Shown: piece after piece, positions 50,454 through 59,539 of the stretch
Layout of the letters: every line of letters begins with the position of its first letter
Position numbering within the stretch: the stretch's first letter is position 1
From: Candidatus Sulfomarinibacteraceae bacterium
GTDB lineage: Bacteria; Acidobacteriota; Thermoanaerobaculia; Thermoanaerobaculales; Sulfomarinibacteraceae
Direction: 5' to 3'
Length of the DNA: 64,000 nt
Assembly: GCA_963796455.1 (NCBI GenBank)
Contig: CAWCLO010000005.1
Location: forward strand, 155,757 to 219,756
The notes under the pieces: generated by a model
The model's database searches: none
Told to the model about the DNA's origin: nothing
What the model saw: the letters and a program-made list of their open reading frames with translations, nothing else
Made by a program: the position numbers and the translations under genes

Positions 50454-53400
50454 ATGAAGCTCGCCGATAGCGCCATCGACAACAAGGTCTTCACTCTCGT
50501 CCTCACGGTCGTGATCCTCGGCGCCGGCGTGATGGCCTTCCAGGGCATGAGCCGCCTCGAGGACCCGGAGTTCACGATCAAGGACGCCCTCGTGGTGACG
50601 CCATACCCCGGCGCGACCGCCTTCGAGGTCGAGGAAGAGGTCAGCGACTCGATCGAGATCGCGGTGCAGAAGCTCGGCCAGCTCGACGAGATCGAATCGC
50701 GGTCGGTCCCCGGGCTCTCGACCGTGACCGTGACCATCAAGGACAAGTACGACAAGAGCACCCTGCCGCAGGTCTGGGACGAACTCCGGCGCAAGGTCAA
50801 CGACGCTCAGGGCGATCTTCCCCCCGGGGCCGGGCCGTCAATGGTGATCGACGACTTCGGCGACGTCTACGGCATCTTCTTCACGGTCTCGAGCGACGAC
50901 TACTCGTACGCCGAGCTCAAGGAAGTGGTTGACCTGCTGCGGCGCGAACTGCTGCTCGTTGAGGACGTCGCCAAGGTCGAGACCTTCGGCGAGCGGGTGG
51001 AAGCCGTCTACGTCGAGCTCGACCGCGACCGCATGTCCCAGCTCGGAATCTCGCCGGACATCATTGTCAACGAGCTGCGCGAGAAGAACCTGGTCGCCGA
51101 CGCCGGCCGCGTCCAGGTCGGCTCGGAGTTCATCGCCATCTATCCGACAGGTGAGTTCAACGACATCGCGGACTTCGAGGACATGTGGCTGAGCGGCGGC
51201 AGCGACCAGATCTACCTGCGCGACGTGGCGAAGGTCCGGCGCGCCTACCTCGAACCGCCGGCCAATCTCATCGTGCACGACGGCCGGCGATCGATCGGGG
51301 TCGGCATTTCGACCGCCTCGGGCGGCAACGTCGTGGTCATGGGCCAGGCCGTCGAGGAACGGATGCACGAGCTCTCTGGGCAGATACCGCTCGGCATCGA
51401 GATCGGCATCGTCTCCCTGCAGTCGGGCGCGGTGACCACGGCGATCGCCGGGTTCGTGACCAGCCTGTGGCAGGCGGTGTTGATCGTCATCGTGGTGCTG
51501 CTCTTCTTCATGGGCGTGCGCTCGGGGCTCCTGATCGGTTTCATCCTGGTGCTGACGATCATCGGCTCGTTCATCTTCCTGGCGCCGATGGGCGTGGCGC
51601 TCGAGCGCATTTCTCTCGGCGCCCTGATCATCGCCCTCGGGATGCTGGTCGACAACGCCATCGTGATCGTCGACGGCATGCTGGTCCGAATGCAGGCGGG
51701 CTCCAAACCTCGCGACGCCGCCACCGAGGTCGTCGCCCAGTCCGCGATGCCGCTGCTCGGTGCGACGCTCATCGCGATCCTGGCCTTCGCCGCCATCGGC
51801 ACCTCCCAGGACGCTACCGGCGAGTTCTGCCGCTCGCTCTTCCAGGTGGTCATGGTGTCGCTGCTCTTCAGCTGGGTCACGGCTGTGACCGTCACCCCCC
51901 TGTTCGGAATCATGTTCCTCAAACCGCCCGCAGGCGACCCCGGGGCCGACCCCTATGAGACCCCGTTCTACAAGAGATTCAAGGGTCTCCTGAAAGGATG
52001 CATACGCTACCGTTGGGTCACGGTCGTGGTGGTCCTCGTGCTCTTCGCGGGGTCGATGTGGGGATTCAAATTCATCGACCGCAGCTTCTTTCCTTCCGCG
52101 ACCCGGCCCCAGTTCACCGTCGACATGTGGTTGCCGTTGGGCACCGACATCAACGAGACCGGTGCCAGAGCCGCGGAGGCCGAAAGCCACATCCGGGGAC
52201 TCGACGGCGTCACCCACGTGACCTCGCTGATCGGTCAGGGCGGGCTGCGCTTTCTCCTGACCTACACGCCGGAAAAGCAGAGTGACTCCTACGCCCAGCT
52301 TCTGGTGGATGTCGACGACCCGGGGAAAATCGACGGGCTGATCGAGGGAATCGAGACCTACCTCACCGAGACCTATCCGAACCTGTTGGCCTACGGCGCC
52401 AAGTTCCAGCTCGGGCCCGGCAGCACCGGCAAGATCCAGGCGCGTTTCAGCGGCCCCGATCCCGATGTCCTGCGCGAGCTCGCCAGCGAGACGGTGGCCA
52501 TCTTCCAGGACCACCCCAACACCAAGGCAGTCAGGACCGACTGGCGAGAACGGACAAAGACCTTGCGACCGGTCCTGGCCGAACAGCGGGCAAACCTCGC
52601 CGGCGTCGGCCGAACGGATGTCGCGAATACCGTCCTGGAAGGATTCGAAGGCCGGACCGTCGGCCTCTACCGCGAAGGTGATCTTCTGCTGCCGGTCGTG
52701 CTGCGCGCCACGGAGGCCGAGCGGCAGAATGTCGAGAACATCAACCAGCTGCAGATCTGGAGCCCCAGCGCGCAACGCATGATTCCGCTGCGGCAGGTGG
52801 TCGAGAGTTTCGAGACTTCTTACGCCGACGAGATCGTGATTCGGCGAGACCGCAAACGCACGCTGACGGTGTACACCGATCCGATCACCGGCTCCTCCAC
52901 GGCCCTGTTCGGCGAGCTGCGGCCGCAGATCGAGGCGCTCGAACTGCCGTCCGGCTACACCCTCGAGTGGGGAGGCGAGTACGAGGACTCTGCGAAAGCA
53001 CAAGGTGCCCTCGTCGCCAGCCTGCCGATGTTCATCCTGATCATGGTGCTGGTGACCATCGCCCTGTTCAACTCGCTGCGCCAGTCGGCGGTCATCTGGC
53101 TCAACGTGCCGTTGGCGCTGATCGGAGTCACGGTCGGGTTGCTGGCCACCCACCAGCCGTTCGGATTCATGGCGCTGCTCGGTTTCCTGAGTCTCTCCGG
53201 CATGCTGATCAAGAACGGGGTGGTGCTGGTCGACGAGATCAACCTCCAGGGAAAGACCAAGGACACGTTCAGCGCCATCGTCGACTCGGCGGCTGGCCGC
53301 CTGCGGCCGGTCGCCATGGCGGCCTCGACCACCGCTCTCGGCATGATTCCCCTGCTCTTTGACGCCTTCTTCGTCTCGATGGCGATCACCATCATCGCCG

Positions 53401-53492
53401 GCCTCATATTCGGCACCGTCCTGACCATGTTCGTACTGCCGGTGCTCTACTCCATCTTCTACCGGGCCAAACCCACGGAGGTGTCGGGATGA
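50454..53492 (+). CDS. RND efflux permease (AcrB family)
   Basis: 1012 aa; GMLVDNAIV; GMLIKNGVVLVD; RLRPV. Confidence 0.95.
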   Translation: MKLADSAIDNKVFTLVLTVVILGAGVMAFQGMSRLEDPEFTIKDALVVTPYPGATAFEVEEEVSDSIEIAVQKLGQLDEIESRSVPGLSTVTVTIKDKYDKSTLPQVWDELRRKVNDAQGDLPPGAGPSMVIDDFGDVYGIFFTVSSDDYSYAELKEVVDLLRRELLLVEDVAKVETFGERVEAVYVELDRDRMSQLGISPDIIVNELREKNLVADAGRVQVGSEFIAIYPTGEFNDIADFEDMWLSGGSDQIYLRDVAKVRRAYLEPPANLIVHDGRRSIGVGISTASGGNVVVMGQAVEERMHELSGQIPLGIEIGIVSLQSGAVTTAIAGFVTSLWQAVLIVIVVLLFFMGVRSGLLIGFILVLTIIGSFIFLAPMGVALERISLGALIIALGMLVDNAIVIVDGMLVRMQAGSKPRDAATEVVAQSAMPLLGATLIAILAFAAIGTSQDATGEFCRSLFQVVMVSLLFSWVTAVTVTPLFGIMFLKPPAGDPGADPYETPFYKRFKGLLKGCIRYRWVTVVVVLVLFAGSMWGFKFIDRSFFPSATRPQFTVDMWLPLGTDINETGARAAEAESHIRGLDGVTHVTSLIGQGGLRFLLTYTPEKQSDSYAQLLVDVDDPGKIDGLIEGIETYLTETYPNLLAYGAKFQLGPGSTGKIQARFSGPDPDVLRELASETVAIFQDHPNTKAVRTDWRERTKTLRPVLAEQRANLAGVGRTDVANTVLEGFEGRTVGLYREGDLLLPVVLRATEAERQNVENINQLQIWSPSAQRMIPLRQVVESFETSYADEIVIRRDRKRTLTVYTDPITGSSTALFGELRPQIEALELPSGYTLEWGGEYEDSAKAQGALVASLPMFILIMVLVTIALFNSLRQSAVIWLNVPLALIGVTVGLLATHQPFGFMALLGFLSLSGMLIKNGVVLVDEINLQGKTKDTFSAIVDSAAGRLRPVAMAASTTALGMIPLLFDAFFVSMAITIIAGLIFGTVLTMFVLPVLYSIFYRAKPTEVSG

Positions 53493-54946
53493 GAAATTAC
53501 AAGGCATCCATCCTCCTGGTGTCGCTGGCGGCGGCGTTCCTGCCGGGGTGCACCACGGTGGGGCCCGATTACGAGGCCCCAGTCTCCACCGTCCCCGACG
53601 TCTGGTTCGAGACCGCGGTGGCGGGTGTGGCCGAAGGCGACGCGTCCCTGCAGACCTGGTGGACCCAGCTCGACGACCCGATGCTGTCGTCGCTGATCGA
53701 ACGGGCCGGGGCCTCGAACCTCGATCTGCGTGAGGCCGTCGCACGCATCAACGTTGCACGCGCCAATCTCGGCATTGTCTCGGGCGAGCGCCTGCCGCGG
53801 GTGGACGCCGCCGGTGACGCCTCGAGAAACCTCCTCAGCGACAACGGGGCCCTCGACCAGGTGGCACCCGCCGACGGCTTCGAGGCCCAGAATCTTTTCA
53901 ACCTCGGCATCGACGCCAGTTGGGAGATCGATGTATTCGGGCGGATCCGCCGTTCCACCGAATCGGCCCAGGCTTCCTACGAGGCATCCCTTGAAGACTA
54001 CCGCGACGTTCTGGTCACCCTGTTCGCCGAGGTGGCGAGAAGCTACATCGGCGTGCGCGAGACCCAGAAGCGGATCCAATTCGCCGAGACCAACGCCGCC
54101 GCCCAACGGTCCACCCTCCGGCTCACCCGGGATCGCCACGACGCGGGGGCAACCTCCGGCCTCGACGTGGTCCAGGCCGAATCGAATCTGCGCAACACCG
54201 AGGCCCAGATTCCCAGCCTGAAGATTCAGCTCAATATCTACCTCAACTCGTTGGCGGTCCTGCTCGGAGAGTACCCCGGCGCGCTCGACGAAGAGCTGGA
54301 GCCGGAAGCCCCAATGCCGCTGCCACCGGGCGAGCTCACCATTTCCATCCCTGCCGACCTGCTGCGCCAGAGGCCGGACATTCGCAGCCGCGAGCGGGCG
54401 CTGGCGGCCCAGACGGCGCGGATCGGCGTCGCCACGGCGGACCTCTACCCCCGCTTCTCACTCTCCGGGTTTTTCGCCGTCTCCGCCCGTGACGTCGGCG
54501 ATCTGTTTGACGGTGACAGCGTGACCTGGGGCATCTCGTTGCCCATCCGCTGGCAGATCTTCGACCGCGGCCGCATCCGCAGCGCCATCGATCTCGAGCA
54601 GGCGCGCACCGACCAGGCGCTGGTCGCTTACGAACGCACTGTGCTGCAGGCCTTTGCTGAGGTCGAGAACTCGCTCGTCGCCTACTCGCTCGAACGCACC
54701 CGCAGGGACTCGCTCGCTGCGGCCACCACCGCCACCCAGCGCGCGGTCGAACTGGTCTCGATCCAGTACCAGGAAGGCCTCGCCGACTTCCAGAACGTCC
54801 TCGACATGGAGCGTTCCCTGTCGACGCAGCAGGACCAGCTCGCGGTCAGCGAGGGCCAGATCCTGCAGGACCTGATCGCCCTCTACAAGGCGCTCGGCGG
54901 CGGCTGGGACCCGAATCAGGAGCAGGCGCCCGTACCAGAGAGCTGA
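53489..54946 (+). CDS. RND outer-membrane factor lipoprotein (NodT/OprM)
   Basis: LPGC-TTVGPDY; SWEIDVFG; LLRQRPDI; LYKALGGGW. Confidence 0.95.
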   Translation: MRNYKASILLVSLAAAFLPGCTTVGPDYEAPVSTVPDVWFETAVAGVAEGDASLQTWWTQLDDPMLSSLIERAGASNLDLREAVARINVARANLGIVSGERLPRVDAAGDASRNLLSDNGALDQVAPADGFEAQNLFNLGIDASWEIDVFGRIRRSTESAQASYEASLEDYRDVLVTLFAEVARSYIGVRETQKRIQFAETNAAAQRSTLRLTRDRHDAGATSGLDVVQAESNLRNTEAQIPSLKIQLNIYLNSLAVLLGEYPGALDEELEPEAPMPLPPGELTISIPADLLRQRPDIRSRERALAAQTARIGVATADLYPRFSLSGFFAVSARDVGDLFDGDSVTWGISLPIRWQIFDRGRIRSAIDLEQARTDQALVAYERTVLQAFAEVENSLVAYSLERTRRDSLAAATTATQRAVELVSIQYQEGLADFQNVLDMERSLSTQQDQLAVSEGQILQDLIALYKALGGGWDPNQEQAPVPES

Positions 54947-54961
54947 CGGGAAACGCGGGAT

Positions 54962-55271
54962 GTGAGGCTCGCGACGACACTCGTCGTCTGTCTGAGCGGC
55001 CTCGGCGTCATGTCGGCGGCGGCAGCGCAGAGTTTTGAGCTCACGCCGTTCGCGGGATGGCGGTTCGGTGGTGGGTTTCTCGGCCAGCGCCGCCGTCGGC
55101 CTGCTGTATCACGCCTCCGATCGGGTCGGCATCCGGCTCGAGGCCCGCGGGTGGTTTACTTTCACCGAAGCCGGAGGCACCGTCTTCTGCTCTGGCGGTT
55201 TCGTCATTGCATTCTCCGGCAGCGGACTTGGCCAGGGCGAGCTGACAGCCGGGCTGCAGCTGGGGATCTGA
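54962..55271 (+). pseudogene. Internally deleted paralogue of OM barrel 56638-57264
   Basis: FELTPFAG.RFGGG joined directly to FSASAAVGLLYHASDRVGIRLEARGWF; ~306 bp missing plus one extra base. Confidence 0.85.
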
Positions 55272-55337
55272 TCCTCTTCGAGTCCGTTACGGTTCTCCGC
55301 TGCCAACGGCACCTCTCGTACCGAATCCTCGAACAGC

Positions 55338-55382
55338 CTCGTAGTTTTCCGAGTTTGCAGTCCTTCGAATTCCGACTAACCT
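55338..55382 (+). promoter_or_regulatory. Shared-motif promoter D
   Basis: CTCGTAGTTTTCCGAGTTT-N20-TAACCT. Confidence 0.78.
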
Positions 55383-55450
55383 GGATATCTCACCGGTTTT
55401 GCGCCCGACGTGGTGATGATAGCGGGTTAAGGTCGGGGTCGTAGGAGGTT

Positions 55451-56602
55451 ATGGAGATCATGGAAACCAAGTACGCACCCGCCGAGCGGGCGCCCGAACT
55501 GGAAGTCATCAACCTGTTCGAGCTGCTTTCGGGTGTTCCGCTACTGGAAGAGATCCTGTGTTCGGTTCCTGATGTTCTGCTGTTTCTCAACGAACACCGG
55601 CAGATTGTCTTCGCCAATCGTGCGACCTTCTGTCTCCTGGGCATCGAACCGACGACCGACGTGCTCGGGAGTCGACCCGGTGAGGCCCTGGGTTGCCTCC
55701 ATGCAACGGAGACGGAAGGAGGTTGCGGCACGACCGAGTCCTGTCAGACCTGTGGTGCGGTGCAAGCGATCCTTGCCGCCCAGAAAGGCAGCGCAGACGT
55801 CAAAGAATGCCGCATGGCGGTCAAAGACTCCTTCGATGCCGTGGACATGAAGGTCTCGACGATGCCCTTCGAGTATGACGGTGAGCTCTTCACCATCTGT
55901 GCGTTGCAGGACATCAGCCACGAAAAGAGGCGGCAGGCGCTGGAGCGTACCTTCTTCCACGACGTCCTCAACACCGCCGGCGGGCTTCGAGGTTATACGG
56001 AGCTGCTCCTGGAGTCGGAGCCCGACGAACTTCCCGAGGTTGCGGCGACGGTCAACGAAATTTCTCAGCGCCTCATCGACGAGATCCAAAACCAGCGGTC
56101 GCTGATGGCCGCGGAGGCCGGCGAGCTGTCGCCGGCGTTGACCTCGATCCGGACGAAGGAGCTCCTCGAAGAGCTGGCGGTGGCCTACCGGCACCACGAG
56201 GTGGGCGAGGGCAAGATCATCACGGTTGACGCAGATTCCGACGACCTGACGCTTTGGTCGGACCGCACATTGCTCCTTCGGGTGCTGGGCAACATGGTGA
56301 AGAACGCCCTCGAGGCGTCGTCCGAGGCCGAGACGGTCAGCCTGGGCTCCAAGGTCCAGAGCGACGAGGTGCAGTTCTGGGTGAACAACTCGGCGGTCAT
56401 GCCGCGCGAGGTCCAGCTTCAGGTCTTCAAGCGCTCGTTCTCCACCAAGGGATCTGGGCGCGGCATCGGCACCTACAGCATCCGGCTCCTCGTCACGAGG
56501 TATCTCGGTGGTTCGGTAGATTTCGAGAGCTCGGAGGACGACGGCACGACCTTCCGGGTTCGCCTGCCGAGGGCAAACACAAGAAAAGGTGGTGCCGATT
56601 GA
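55451..56602 (+). CDS. Cytoplasmic sensor histidine kinase with Cys-rich PAS-like domain
   Basis: FFHDVLN H-box; NMVKNALE; FSTKGSGRGIG; CX9CX5CX2C. Confidence 0.88.
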   Translation: MEIMETKYAPAERAPELEVINLFELLSGVPLLEEILCSVPDVLLFLNEHRQIVFANRATFCLLGIEPTTDVLGSRPGEALGCLHATETEGGCGTTESCQTCGAVQAILAAQKGSADVKECRMAVKDSFDAVDMKVSTMPFEYDGELFTICALQDISHEKRRQALERTFFHDVLNTAGGLRGYTELLLESEPDELPEVAATVNEISQRLIDEIQNQRSLMAAEAGELSPALTSIRTKELLEELAVAYRHHEVGEGKIITVDADSDDLTLWSDRTLLLRVLGNMVKNALEASSEAETVSLGSKVQSDEVQFWVNNSAVMPREVQLQVFKRSFSTKGSGRGIGTYSIRLLVTRYLGGSVDFESSEDDGTTFRVRLPRANTRKGGAD

Positions 56603-56637
56603 AGCTTGATTGGAGCGCGAATGGCCAGAGAGCTTCC

Positions 56638-57264
56638 ATGACCGCGCGGACGACGTTCGTGACGACGATCGTCGGTTGCCTGCTCGCGGTGGGTGTCGCG
56701 TCGAGCGCCCAGGCGCAGAAATTCGAACTCACGCCGTTCGCCGGATATCGCTTCGGTGGCGGATTCTCGGAACTTGCCACCGGCGCGGATCTCGATATGG
56801 ACGACGGGCTCAGTTACGGCCTGATTTTCGGGATTCCGTGGAATGCACAGCATAGGTCGCGTCTCGAACTCATCTGGAGTTGGCAGGACACGACCGTTGG
56901 CGCCACGAGCACCGGAGATCCCGGCTTCGATCTCGACGTGCACTACCTCCACCTCAACGGCATGGTGCCTTTTGCCACGTCGAGCCCGAAACTTGACGTG
57001 CTGCTCTCGATCGGCGCGGGCGCCACCTTCATGTTGCCCGGCATTGACGGGGCAGGATCGGAGGCGCGCTTCTCGGTCAGCGGCGCGGTCGGCCTGCTGT
57101 ACCACGCCTCCGATCGGGTCGGCATCCGGCTCGAGGCCCGGGGTTGGTTCACCATCACCGAAGCAGGCGGCGCGGTTTTCTGCTCCGGTGGTTGCGTGGT
57201 CGCATTCTCCGGCAGTGGATTCGGCCAGGGCGAATTGACGGCGGGGTTGCAGGTTTCGTTCTAG
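56638..57264 (+). CDS. Outer-membrane beta-barrel protein
   Basis: Signal peptide; FELTPFAGYRFGG; terminal GLQVSF. Confidence 0.85.
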   Translation: MTARTTFVTTIVGCLLAVGVASSAQAQKFELTPFAGYRFGGGFSELATGADLDMDDGLSYGLIFGIPWNAQHRSRLELIWSWQDTTVGATSTGDPGFDLDVHYLHLNGMVPFATSSPKLDVLLSIGAGATFMLPGIDGAGSEARFSVSGAVGLLYHASDRVGIRLEARGWFTITEAGGAVFCSGGCVVAFSGSGFGQGELTAGLQVSF

Positions 57265-57275
57265 CCCGCAACTGC

Positions 57276-57725
57276 CTATGGCAGTTCTTCGAGATCCGCG
57301 AGGTCTTTTGCCCGAGCTGCGGCTTGCTTGTTGCGTTTGAGGTGGCGGAGTCCGATCAGCTTTACCATGACCCCGTCGAGTTCGTCCTCGACCCGTTGCT
57401 GATACGCATCGTCGAACTCGACGCCGTCGATCGAGGTCATGATCTCGATGCGCATCGGTGGAAGGCCCATGCGGATGATCTGATCGGCCGCGAGAAACAT
57501 CGCCTCGCTCAGCTTCTGCCCGCCAAAACCGAAATCTTCGAGTGCTGCCACGACTCGTCGAGCATTCTCCGGCGTCGAGGCGATCCATACGTCGATGTCC
57601 ATCGTTGCTCTGGGGTAACCGTGATAACCGACCGCATACCCGCCGACGAGGAGGTACTCAACGTTGTGGCGATGGAACCACTGAAAGAACTCTTTGAAGT
57701 CGGGTGGTAGATGGATCGTACCCAT
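57276..57725 (-). CDS. Stand-alone nucleotidyltransferase-fold protein
   Basis: EYLLVGGYAV..HGYPRATMDID; R.KDLADL. Confidence 0.82.
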   Translation of the reverse strand: MGTIHLPPDFKEFFQWFHRHNVEYLLVGGYAVGYHGYPRATMDIDVWIASTPENARRVVAALEDFGFGGQKLSEAMFLAADQIIRMGLPPMRIEIMTSIDGVEFDDAYQQRVEDELDGVMVKLIGLRHLKRNKQAAARAKDLADLEELP

Positions 57726-57870
57726 AGATAACCTGCCTCATCAGCTCGAGGGCGGCGAGCCTGTCGGTGGGTGTTTGCATCAGCCAAAAGGCGCGTTCGT
57801 TCGATTGATCGTGAAGGCCTGCGACCACCACAACAGAGCGTTCAAACTTCGCTGATTCAACGAGATTCAT
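57658..57870 (-). CDS. Small partner protein upstream of the nucleotidyltransferase
   Basis: 70 aa; AFWLMQTPTDRLAALELMR; overlaps the NTase 5' end. Confidence 0.65.
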   Translation of the reverse strand: MNLVESAKFERSVVVVAGLHDQSNERAFWLMQTPTDRLAALELMRQVIYGYDPSTTRLQRVLSVVPSPQR

Positions 57871-57998
57871 GGCTCGATCATACAATAGAGTAGATCTGCG
57901 ACCGTCAAGTGGTTGTCTGATTCTCATCGAGGGACCCACCCCGGTTCGCCGCGAACCCACGTCGGATCTTTCGTCTTCAGAGTTTCTCATCGCCGTTC

Positions 57999-58043
57999 CC
58001 CGTAGTTCTTCGAGGTTACAACCGTTCCGGCACCGGCTAACCT
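57999..58043 (+). promoter_or_regulatory. Shared-motif promoter E
   Basis: CCCGTAGTTCTTCGAGGTT-N20-TAACCT. Confidence 0.72.
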
Positions 58044-58095
58044 CAAGACTGGTTACAATCAAGCCTCACTCGTTGCACCCATATTGGAGGTACGT

Positions 58096-58647
58096 ATGAA
58101 AAGGTTCGGGCTCTCAATCACTCTCACCGCTCTGCTCGCCCTTCCGGCCGCCGCGGCCGACAACGGCTTTTATCTCGGTGCAAGCGTCGGTGAATCGGGC
58201 ATCAGGATCGATCAGGATTTCGAGGATATCGAATTCTCGGGAGGGGACACATCCTTCAAGGTGTTTGCCGGTTTCCGCTTCCTCACCTTCCTCGCCGTCG
58301 AGGGGAGCTACGTCGACCTCGGCGCGCCCAGCGAATTCGTCGAGGCCATCGATGGGACCATCGAGACCGACCTCACGGGATACGACGGGTTCGTGGTCGG
58401 GTACCTGCCCCTCGGCATCGCCGATATCTTCATCAAGGCCGGAGCCATTTCCTGGGACGCCAGGATTTCCGGGCAGATCGACGGCGTGCCCGAAAGCCAA
58501 TCCGACAGCGGGACCGACCCGGCATACGGCATCGGTTTCCAGTTCAGAATCAAATCCTTCGCGATTCGCGGCGAGTTCGAGTACTTCGACATCGATGGTG
58601 CCAAATACGTGTACATGTACTCGATCGGCGGCAGCTACACCTTCTGA
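58096..58647 (+). CDS. OmpA-like 8-strand outer-membrane beta-barrel
   Basis: ADNGFYLGASVG; KVFAGFRF; AVEGSYVDLG; terminal SYTF. Confidence 0.88.
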   Translation: MKRFGLSITLTALLALPAAAADNGFYLGASVGESGIRIDQDFEDIEFSGGDTSFKVFAGFRFLTFLAVEGSYVDLGAPSEFVEAIDGTIETDLTGYDGFVVGYLPLGIADIFIKAGAISWDARISGQIDGVPESQSDSGTDPAYGIGFQFRIKSFAIRGEFEYFDIDGAKYVYMYSIGGSYTF

Positions 58648-58688
58648 GACTGATCAACGACCCAGCGCAGCAACCAAAGGAGCCCACC

Positions 58689-59516
58689 ATGACGAGGCAG
58701 GAAGAAGAAACCGGGGCGGTCTCCCGCCGCAATATGCTCAAACAGTCAGCCGCTTTCCTGGTGGGCGGTGCTGCAGGTGGCGCCGCGGTCGCGTACGCGG
58801 AAACTCCCGCCGTAAACGACGTGCCCCCGGCCGCACCCCCCTTGCCCTGGAAATGGGTGACTCTCGACCCCCTCGAAGTGGGCAGAAGGGCCTACCGCAA
58901 CTACACAAAGGGCGGCTGCGGGTATGCGACCTATCAGGCCTTTCTCAGCATGCTGAAGGAGAAGGTCGGCTATCCCTACACGACGCTTCCGGACATGATG
59001 ATGATTCACGCCGGGTCCGGTTACGCCGGCCAGGGGACCCTGTGCGGCGCCCTCGGCGGCACCGCCCTGATCATCAACCTCGTGGTCTACGACGGCAAGA
59101 GCAGTGTTTACAAGGAAATGATCGACCGCCTGTTCTGGTGGTACGCGGAACAGAATTTCCCGACCGATCGCTTTGACGATATCTCCACAATGCCCGGGCA
59201 GATCCAGGTCAAGACGATGTCGCCGCTATGCCACACCTCGGTGTCAAAGTGGACCCTGGCCGCCGGCGCCGAGGTGAGCTCCAAGGCGAAGGTCGAGCGC
59301 TGCTCCAAGGTGGCGGGCGAAGTCGCCTACATGGCGACCCTCGCGCTCAACGAGTACTTCGCCGGCAAGTGGACCCCGCCGGTGTGGAAACCGTCGGAGG
59401 AAATCAAGCACTGCATCAGCTGCCATGGCCCGGACAAAATGGAGCACACCGACGGCCCCAACAACCAACAGGGCCACATGGAGTGCCTGATGTGCCACGG
59501 CGATCACACACTTTGA
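58689..59516 (+). CDS. Tat-signal C-GCAxxG-C-C family protein with two C-terminal CxxCH (split-Soret cytochrome c-like)
   Basis: SRRNMLK; GGCGYA; GTLCGALGG; PLCHTS; ERCSK; CISCH; CLMCH. Confidence 0.82.
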   Translation: MTRQEEETGAVSRRNMLKQSAAFLVGGAAGGAAVAYAETPAVNDVPPAAPPLPWKWVTLDPLEVGRRAYRNYTKGGCGYATYQAFLSMLKEKVGYPYTTLPDMMMIHAGSGYAGQGTLCGALGGTALIINLVVYDGKSSVYKEMIDRLFWWYAEQNFPTDRFDDISTMPGQIQVKTMSPLCHTSVSKWTLAAGAEVSSKAKVERCSKVAGEVAYMATLALNEYFAGKWTPPVWKPSEEIKHCISCHGPDKMEHTDGPNNQQGHMECLMCHGDHTL

Positions 59517-59539
59517 CCACGTCTCGACCCAAGGAAGAT

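Noticed and set aside
50838..53744. 968-aa minus-strand ORF, and similar long antisense ORFs (24317-26134, 31134-32939, 40077-42152, 49286-50800, 60678-62501)
   Set aside because: Shadow frames of well-supported genes in GC-rich DNA; no recognisable motifs
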